Source of the DNA: Okeania sp.
Lineage (GTDB): Bacteria > Cyanobacteriota > Cyanobacteriia > Cyanobacteriales > Microcoleaceae
DNA: 20,812 nt
Direction of reading: 5' to 3'
Assembly: GCF_035285525.1 (NCBI RefSeq)
Contig: NZ_JAYKGW010000202.1
Span: 1-20,812, forward strand
Position 1 is the first letter of the stretch. The number at the start of each line of letters is the position of its first letter. The position numbers and the translations under genes were made by a program. Below the pieces are notes generated by a model, which had not been told where the DNA came from, searched no databases, and saw only the letters and a list, made by a program, of their open reading frames with translations. This document shows, piece by piece, positions 14,832 to 20,812 of this stretch.

Positions 14832-15641
14832 TTATCCATTATCAACTTTACTTTCAATCACATCTTGAATTTCTTTAGGAACATTTGAAAGAAAATCATA
14901 ACCAGTAGCAGACTCAATTTTATCCACAGAAACTCGGTAAGCTTTCCAGTCACTTCTAATCCGATTCGAATTAGGCATATCCACAGCAATAACCCTAGTA
15001 TTTTTATTAACTCCTCTCACACCAGCACCAGGTTTTAAAACAACAATAATTTTCCAGGTTCGACTAGGAATCATCACCTTACCATCAGCAATATTTCCTT
15101 TTTTTCTATATCCTCCAGCAATAATATAAAGTTCATTTCCTTCTTCTACAAGTTGGCGAGAATATTGTTCTAACCCTCGCCAAGTTTCCCGATTATTATC
15201 TGGAGCTTGAGGAATTATATTTGTCATTAAAAATGTAGCTGAATTATCAGTTTCATTAGCTGTTCTATCTCCTGAAGGAATTAAATGTCCTCGGTCATAA
15301 CCACTATTTCTATAATCATTTGCTTTGACATGATACCACTCTTCAGGTAAACTATCATCTGGGCAAAAATTATCTTGTCTTTCTACATTCCCTAACCAAG
15401 ATTTATTAAGTTGCCAACTTACCCAATTTGGTGTTCCTTGCTTTCGGTTATATGACAAAACATATTGCGGTTTTTCCATTAAAAAATTATCGGAATTTTC
15501 GACATTAATTGTGGCATTACTTGGATTTCCTAAAGTGAGATGAACTTTAGCAGATGGTTTGATAATTAGAGAACATCCACTGGCAAGTATCAGTAAAATT
15601 ATTGTGACTAAAGTAGTAAATTTTTTTAGTAAAATTAACAT
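14832..15641 (-). CDS. nucA: Secreted DNA/RNA non-specific endonuclease (NucA family), probable lipoprotein or signal peptide
   Basis: 269 aa. The SGYDRGHLIPS active-site (DRGH) motif and NIIPQAPDNN are typical of the Serratia/Anabaena nuclease family. The hydrophobic N-terminus KKFTTLVTIILLILASGCS ends in a lipobox-like ASGC. Confidence 0.88.
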   Translation of the reverse strand: MLILLKKFTTLVTIILLILASGCSLIIKPSAKVHLTLGNPSNATINVENSDNFLMEKPQYVLSYNRKQGTPNWVSWQLNKSWLGNVERQDNFCPDDSLPEEWYHVKANDYRNSGYDRGHLIPSGDRTANETDNSATFLMTNIIPQAPDNNRETWRGLEQYSRQLVEEGNELYIIAGGYRKKGNIADGKVMIPSRTWKIIVVLKPGAGVRGVNKNTRVIAVDMPNSNRIRSDWKAYRVSVDKIESATGYDFLSNVPKEIQDVIESKVDNG

Positions 15642-15964
15642 TGGTTTTACCTATCAATAAAAATTATTTTATTCAGAAATATAGCATATTTGGGGTAAAT
15701 TAGGCATCAGTTTTAATTGTAAAATTACTGTTGTGTGCGCATCTTGCCTATGATAGATGTACTTGATAAGAATGAGAAGCGCTGTATATAAAAATTAAGG
15801 TATCAGCTTACCGTTATGTTCATTCATAGATAATCAATAATTGCCTCTGATTAAAACCGAGAAAATTAAACTTAGTAGTGAAATCTCCTAGCACTTTTTT
15901 GTCCTTAAAAAGAGAAGCTTTAAACCGAATGAATTAATATTTATTGTCCATTGATAAAGTAGCA

Positions 15965-16098
15965 ATATAGTAATCCTAAATAGGTTGTCACCAATCAAAA
16001 ACTAGAAATAAATTATGAAACTCTTACCTATTGCCTCCATATCTATTCCTGAAAAAAGGCAAGATTTTTAATACGACTAAAATAGGATTGCTATATAA
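15965..16098. repeat. Family G inverted-repeat element
   Basis: ATATAGTAATCCTAAATAGG ... CTAAAATAGGATTGCTATATAAT. Related to 8246-8380, though the interiors are only loosely similar. Confidence 0.4.
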
Positions 16099-16144
16099 TT
16101 AATTTTAAGTTAAAATCTACATTGTTCAACTAAAAGCAAAAACT

Positions 16145-16357
16145 ATGAATATAGAAAAAGCAATAATTAAGAAATACGCAGACAAACCCATGAAAGAAAT
16201 TGCCGATTCTCCGGTTTGGGCAATCAAAGGAATATCTGAATCAGATGCAATTTTACTAGAAGGAGCATTTGGAGTAAAAACAGTTCGTGATTTTGCTAAT
16301 CTTAAATATTTTAAGTGGGCGCAGGCAATAGTATCTTTATCAGAAGTAGAAGTTTAG
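16145..16357 (+). CDS. Hypothetical protein, 70 aa
   Basis: ORF with ATG start and TAG stop and non-repetitive sequence. I recognise no family. Its coding status is supported only by its length and its clean composition relative to the flanks. Confidence 0.45.
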   Translation: MNIEKAIIKKYADKPMKEIADSPVWAIKGISESDAILLEGAFGVKTVRDFANLKYFKWAQAIVSLSEVEV

Positions 16358-16682
16358 AAAAAATGGTGCATCTCAATTTTAAATAAAGCCAAAAAATTAT
16401 CTATTTTAGGGAATATTTAACTGGGAATAGAGAATATAAAAAAAGTAGTGGTAGTGTAAAAGTAGTGATTTTTGCTATTTCATTTCTGACATTTATAACG
16501 AATTTACTTCTAAATATTACTACATCTACAAGACTAGCAAAAAAGTATTTTTGTAAATCTTGAGATGTAGCAAAAAAAAGCTTTGAGCAAAATTAATTCC
16601 TCAAATTTTAAGTTGGAGACAAAGCAAGTATTTTATTAAGTAATTAACACAGATGGAATAACCTTTTTGAGAATTAAATTAA

Positions 16683-16957
16683 TTAAGGCTGGCTGAATAA
16701 ATATCAGAGTATTGATATATAAAGATTAAAGGTTTTTTGGGGTAAAAAAAAGTGCTAATAAATTACTAAATTAATCTTTAAAACTTCAGATTTTTCCTCA
16801 TAAAACTTGAAAAAAGGAAAAAAATTAACACCTGCAACTATTGCCTATTGCCTATTGCCTATTGCCTATTGCCTATTGCCTATTGCCCATTGCCTATTGC
16901 CTATTGCCCATTGCCTATTCCCTAAATTCACCAACAGACTTTTTCAGCACACCCTAA
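16683..16957. mobile_element. MITE of the TTAGG...CCTAA superfamily carrying an expanded heptamer array
   Basis: Aligns with the reverse complement of 14616-14817, for example AAAAGTGCTAATAAATTACTAAATTAATCTTTAAAA...AGATTTTTCCTCATAAAAC...AAATTAACACCTGCAAC. The right end is ACTTTTTCAGCACACCCTAA. Confidence 0.65.
16838..16921. repeat. Heptanucleotide tandem repeat (CTATTGC)n, 12 units
   Basis: Counted directly: 9 perfect CTATTGC, 2 CCATTGC, and 1 CTATTCC. Confidence 0.95.
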
Positions 16958-17049
16958 TTATATATTAGCTAGAATTGTATTAATTATTATTCTGTTTATT
17001 TCTCCCCCACTCGCCCACTCCTTACTCCTTACTCCCTACTCCTTAATTA

Positions 17050-17784
17050 TTAATTATTAATTAATTCAGCTATACCCAAATATTGAATTTCTTGAGGAGT
17101 AACTTTAAATCTACAAGGCAAAATTTCTACCCCTTTTGTAACAGCTTCCCTCAGAAGTTTACCATAATCAGGGTCAGCAATATCCCCAGGAGCAAAAGTA
17201 TCACAATCGCCACGATTTATTAAAAACAAACATACCGCTCTTTCCCCTTCTTCAACTACCTCCATTAATTCCCGTAAATGTTTTTGCCCCCTCTCAGTAA
17301 CCGTATCTGGAAATAAAGCAACTCTTTGATTTGCCCAAGTAGTATTCTTAACTTCCAGGTAAATATTTTTAGCCTCACTAATTAACTTAAAATCTACCCT
17401 ACTTTTCCTATTTTTTCCATAAACAACTTCTGTTTTAACTTCCTGATAATCTCCTAATTCAGGAAATAAATATTCTGCCAAAGCTAACTTAATAATTCTG
17501 TTTGGTAAAGCCGTATTAATTCCCACCCAAGTCGGTTCATTATCCATTACTTCAATTAATTCCCAAGTATAAGCTAACTTACGTTTTGGATTATTACTAT
17601 GAGAAATCATCACATTACTTCCTGGAGTAGAAACCCCAGTCATCGGACCAGTATTTGGGCAGTGAGCAGTAATAATTTCTCCAGACTTTAACTCTATATC
17701 TGCCAGAAATCTTTTATAGCGTTTAATTAAAACTCCTGGTTCCAGAGTAGGATATTTATAAGAGAATTTTGGCAGATTATTCAT
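17050..17784 (-). CDS. sfsA: SfsA (sugar fermentation stimulation protein A; DNA-binding/nuclease-fold protein)
   Basis: 244 aa. LIKRYKRFLADIEL..GEIITAHCPNTGPM...WVGINT...SRVDF...YLEVKNTT...ALFPDTVTERGQKHLRELM is the canonical SfsA pattern. Confidence 0.88.
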   Translation of the reverse strand: MNNLPKFSYKYPTLEPGVLIKRYKRFLADIELKSGEIITAHCPNTGPMTGVSTPGSNVMISHSNNPKRKLAYTWELIEVMDNEPTWVGINTALPNRIIKLALAEYLFPELGDYQEVKTEVVYGKNRKSRVDFKLISEAKNIYLEVKNTTWANQRVALFPDTVTERGQKHLRELMEVVEEGERAVCLFLINRGDCDTFAPGDIADPDYGKLLREAVTKGVEILPCRFKVTPQEIQYLGIAELINN

Positions 17785-17793
17785 AATTATTTG

Positions 17794-17880
17794 GTAAGCA
17801 TTTAGCTGTCAGCTATTGCTTTTAGTTTTTGATAAAAGCTTTATTATACGGTTCCCGATCAATCAGAAATTTTATTTTCC
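17794..17880. mobile_element. Partial MITE of the GTAAGCATT-TIR family, 10 nt upstream of the sfsA start
   Basis: GTAAGCATTTAGCTGTCAGCTATTGC ... ACGGTTCCCGATCAATCAGAAATTTT; compare the interior of 7943-8126. I found no matching right TIR. Confidence 0.4.
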
Positions 17881-18123
17881 TATGTATTAATCTATAGACT
17901 TATCTACTTTCCTTCTTCCCTCTTCCTTCTTCCTTTTTTAGGTAACAGGAAATAGGAAAAAAGTATTTTTGCAAATAAACATAAGATGCACTCTAATAAA
18001 AGTCATAAAGTATAGAGAAATTAGGAACTTTTCAGATTAGATAACTACTAAAAAAATCCTTAAATTAACTGTGTTAATCTATAGACTTAAATACTCTCAT
18101 TCTAAATGAGAAATTATAAATTC

Positions 18124-18960
18124 TTAGATTCTCAAAGATAATTGTCGTAAAATTGCAAAGCTAATTAATCTTAAAGGAAAACTAGAACTTTTAACAACCT
18201 TTAATCGTAAATATTTGCCAATAAGTAAACGCAATATACCTTTTAATCTTGCTTGAAATCTTTCTTTAAATAATCTCCATATTTGAAATTGATCGACACC
18301 AGCATAAATTGGTAGAAAAGCTAATTTATCGTAAAGAACATCAGCTCGATGAACCTTACTTAAACCAAAACGAGAATGTTCTAAATTAGGTAAACCTCCA
18401 TGTTCTCCATAATTCTTAAACGGAACAAAATTCTGGAAATTTCTCTTTCTTAAAAATTCATCAATAGTAGAATCCCACGTTGAATAATTATCACTTCCAA
18501 AATTAAGACGAACCTCATTTGCTAACTCAATTAATTCCAGAGCTGCTTCAGGTGTAATAATATAAGCTACAGCAGAAGTTGAAAAACCTTCAGCACAATT
18601 ATCATTAAAAACACTATAGATTTGAGAGGCACAAGTGTAAAGCCAAGCTATACCCACATTATGATTTTTTAAATTAAATGGTAAAGGTAATAAACCAAAG
18701 TTTATAACAGGAACAAAATCAGCTTCAATAATTAAACTTGGTTTCTGTTCTTCACTTGCTTTTATCCAAGCTTTTTTATGATTGAGAAGAGTCAGATAAC
18801 TAGGAGAATAACTCTTATATTCTGGCTGATGTTTTTGCCTCAAAAGTTGATAATTAAAACCCTGTTCCTGCAAAGTTTTTTCGAGAATCGTAGTATCTTC
18901 TTTATAAGCAAGAATAAACACACTAGATACACTCTCTATTAAACTACTTTTATTTGACAT
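18124..18960 (-). CDS. Putative glycosyltransferase family 25-like (LPS/LOS biosynthesis-type) protein
   Basis: The track ORF starts at GTG 18969; ATG 18960 gives MSNKSS. LLNHKKAWIKASEEQKPSLIIEADFVPV resembles the GT25 S-H-x-x-x-W ... ILEDD region. This is a motif-level call only. The basic amphipathic C-terminal tail is unusual. Confidence 0.4.
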   Translation of the reverse strand: MSNKSSLIESVSSVFILAYKEDTTILEKTLQEQGFNYQLLRQKHQPEYKSYSPSYLTLLNHKKAWIKASEEQKPSLIIEADFVPVINFGLLPLPFNLKNHNVGIAWLYTCASQIYSVFNDNCAEGFSTSAVAYIITPEAALELIELANEVRLNFGSDNYSTWDSTIDEFLRKRNFQNFVPFKNYGEHGGLPNLEHSRFGLSKVHRADVLYDKLAFLPIYAGVDQFQIWRLFKERFQARLKGILRLLIGKYLRLKVVKSSSFPLRLISFAILRQLSLRI

Positions 18961-19251
18961 AATACACACCTTATTAATCTTTTTTTCTCAAAAATACTAA
19001 TTAGTCAGAGAATATAACAATCTGAAAATAAATTGTGAATTGTAAATAAAAAAACTGAAACTTTCACCTGTCTCCTATTTCCTAAAAAGCCGTAATATTT
19101 TTGACACAAATAAAATCAGATATAAGATTGCTATATTATTCATTCAAAACCTGATAGTTAGATAATTACAAAAAAATTAATCTCCAGTTACCTGCCACTC
19201 AAGACCAAATCGTGATTAAACTAATTTAAGCAAAATTACTATATTGTAGCC

Positions 19252-20812
19252 GTGTCCAAATCAGAACCCAACAAATCTTCTCGTTCCCTAGCTGGAATAG
19301 CTGGCATTGTAGCAGTGGCCACATTAATTAGTAAAATATTTGGCCTAGTACGTCAACAGGCGATCGCTGCGGCCTTCGGAGTAGGTGCAGCAGTAGATGC
19401 TTATAATTACGCTTACGTTATTCCTGGCTTTTTATTAGTCCTATTAGGAGGAATTAACGGGCCATTTCATAGTGCTATAGTCAGTGTCTTAGCAAAACGG
19501 GATAAATCAGAAGCTGCCCCACTAATAGAAACCATTACCACATTAATAGGCGGAGCCCTCTTATTAGTCACAGTTGGCCTGATTTTTTTTGCCGATCCTT
19601 TAATTGACTTAGTAGCACCTGGTTTAAGTATAACCACGGAAGGTTTAGAAATTCGAGAAATTGCCATTCAACAATTTCAAATTATGGCTCCGATGGCTTT
19701 ACTAGCAGGATTAATAGGTATTGGTTTTGGTGCCCTTAATGCTGCGGATATGTATTGGTTGCCTTCTATTAGTCCGTTATTTTCTAGTGTGGCTTTATTA
19801 GGAGGAATTTTTATTTTAGTTTTGCAATTAGGAGAAAAAATTACTGAACCAAAATATGCTATGATAGGAGGTTTAGTTTTAGCTTGGGGTACTCTGATTG
19901 GAGCTATATTACAATGGTTAATTCAAGTTCCGGCATTGTGGCGAGCAGGTTTAGGAAAATTACGTTTAAGATTTAATTTTCGCAATCCAGGAGTACGAGA
20001 AGTTACTAAGGTAATGATACCTGCAACTTTGTCTTCAGGAATGTTACATATTAATGTTTATACAGATTTATTTTTTGCTTCTTATATTCCTCAAGCTGCT
20101 GCTTCTTTAGGTTATTCTGGTTTATTAGTACAGACTCCTTTGGGAATTATTTCTAATGTTATTTTGGTTCCTTTTTTACCCATATTTTCTCGATTAGCTG
20201 CACCGGAAAATTGGCAAGATTTAAAATATAGAATTAGGCAAGCTTTGGTTTTAACGGGAATTACGATGTTGCCTTTAAGTGCAATTATGGTGACTTTAGC
20301 TTTGCCTATTGTGAGGGTGGTTTATGAACGTTTTGCTTTTGATTTATCAGCATCAAAATTTGTGGCTTCTGTATTAATGGCTTATGCAATAGGAATGTTT
20401 GTTTATTTAGGAAGGGATGTTTTGGTTAGGGTTTTTTATGCTTTGGGAGATGGAGAAACTCCTTTTAAGGTTAGTGTGTTTAATATTTTCCTAAATGCTT
20501 TGTTAGATTATGTGTTAATTAATAGTTTTGGCGCTCCTGGTTTGGTATTGGCAACTGTGGGAGTAAATTTAATTTCCATGATAATTTTTCTCTTTCTATT
20601 AAACAGAAAATTAGGGGGTTTACCTTGGGGAGAATGGTTCATTCCTTTTACTGGTTTAATAGGTGGAGGTTTGATAACTGGTTTAGTTTGTTGGAGTGTG
20701 CTTCATGGTAGTCAGTTAATATTAGGAAGTGAAGGATTTTTTGTACAGTTATTGGAACTTGGTTTGGCAAGTTTTTCCGGGTTAGTTATCTTTGGTTTGA
20801 TAGCTATGAAAA
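19252..20812 (+). CDS. murJ: Lipid II flippase MurJ (MviN), 3'-truncated by the window edge
   Basis: Not in the supplied track. Hand translation from GTG 19252 gives 520 codons with no stop up to the window end: VSKSEPNKSSRSLAGIAGIVAVATLISKIFGLVRQQAIAAAFGVGAAVDAYNYAYVIPGFLL...VMIPATLSSGMLHINVYTDLFFASYIP...RVFYALGDGETPFKVSV...GAPGLVLATVGVN. An in-frame TAA at 19222-19224 limits any upstream extension. Confidence 0.9.
   Translation, partial: MSKSEPNKSSRSLAGIAGIVAVATLISKIFGLVRQQAIAAAFGVGAAVDAYNYAYVIPGFLLVLLGGINGPFHSAIVSVLAKRDKSEAAPLIETITTLIGGALLLVTVGLIFFADPLIDLVAPGLSITTEGLEIREIAIQQFQIMAPMALLAGLIGIGFGALNAADMYWLPSISPLFSSVALLGGIFILVLQLGEKITEPKYAMIGGLVLAWGTLIGAILQWLIQVPALWRAGLGKLRLRFNFRNPGVREVTKVMIPATLSSGMLHINVYTDLFFASYIPQAAASLGYSGLLVQTPLGIISNVILVPFLPIFSRLAAPENWQDLKYRIRQALVLTGITMLPLSAIMVTLALPIVRVVYERFAFDLSASKFVASVLMAYAIGMFVYLGRDVLVRVFYALGDGETPFKVSVFNIFLNALLDYVLINSFGAPGLVLATVGVNLISMIIFLFLLNRKLGGLPWGEWFIPFTGLIGGGLITGLVCWSVLHGSQLILGSEGFFVQLLELGLASFSGLVIFGLIAMK

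Noticed and set aside
19467-19667. 66-aa minus-strand ORF
   Set aside because: It is antisense to the continuous murJ reading frame.
1-20812. TGA reassignment (a non-standard genetic code)
   Set aside because: The idea arose because none of the 17 intact genes ends in TGA (13 TAA, 3 TAG, and murJ has no stop in the window), while two conserved ORFs contain in-frame TGAs. However, every Trp I checked in conserved genes (for example pfkA) is TGG, and the long conserved frames, including 520 codons of murJ, contain no internal TGA. The protease ORF also carries a TAA and a MITE. Pseudogenisation plus an AT-driven preference for TAA is sufficient to explain the pattern.
1-20812. tRNA, rRNA, tmRNA or other classical RNA genes
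   Set aside because: I found no T-loop-like GGTTCGAATCC-type motifs outside coding sequence and no rRNA-like conserved blocks. Small regulatory RNAs cannot be excluded by eye.

Overview
AT-rich segment (about one-third G+C by eye) that looks like the chromosome of a heterocyst-forming (Nostocales-type) cyanobacterium. Support for that: 8 perfect HIP1 octamers (GCGATCGC), STRR-like heptamer arrays, and a nucA/nuiA nuclease-inhibitor pair. I support 17 intact CDSs: pfkA, cobK/cbiJ, a LuxR-type HTH gene plus a small partner ORF, a PfkB-family fructokinase, two tandem DUF937 paralogues, gntK, a CYTH protein, an archaeal-type LeuC/HacA-like dehydratase large subunit, a YbjN-like protein, nuiA, nucA, a 70-aa hypothetical, sfsA, a GT25-like glycosyltransferase, and a 3'-truncated murJ that the ORF track missed. 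There are also 2 pseudogenes: a RAYT transposase with one in-frame TGA, and a badly decayed trypsin-like protease hidden in an apparently empty 1.7-kb gap. I saw no rRNA, tRNA, CRISPR array or cas genes. Intact genes cover only about 57% of the window. Nearly every intergenic region is filled with short non-autonomous repeats from at least six families (REP-like GTAG hairpins, TIR-bounded MITEs, heptamer and octamer microsatellites). The most interesting item is a REP-hairpin array wrapped around a REP-associated tyrosine transposase gene (1445-2550), with more copies of the same hairpin 11 kb away. Other points: microsatellites that expanded inside individual MITE copies, MITE or repeat ends that supply gene termini and 5' leaders, a 26-nt inverted repeat between nuiA and nucA split by two nested MITEs, and a 37-nt invariant leader shared by otherwise diverged DUF937 paralogues. 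Everything was read by eye. Repeat boundaries are good to about +/-5-10 bp, and all homology calls rest on recognised motifs, not database searches.
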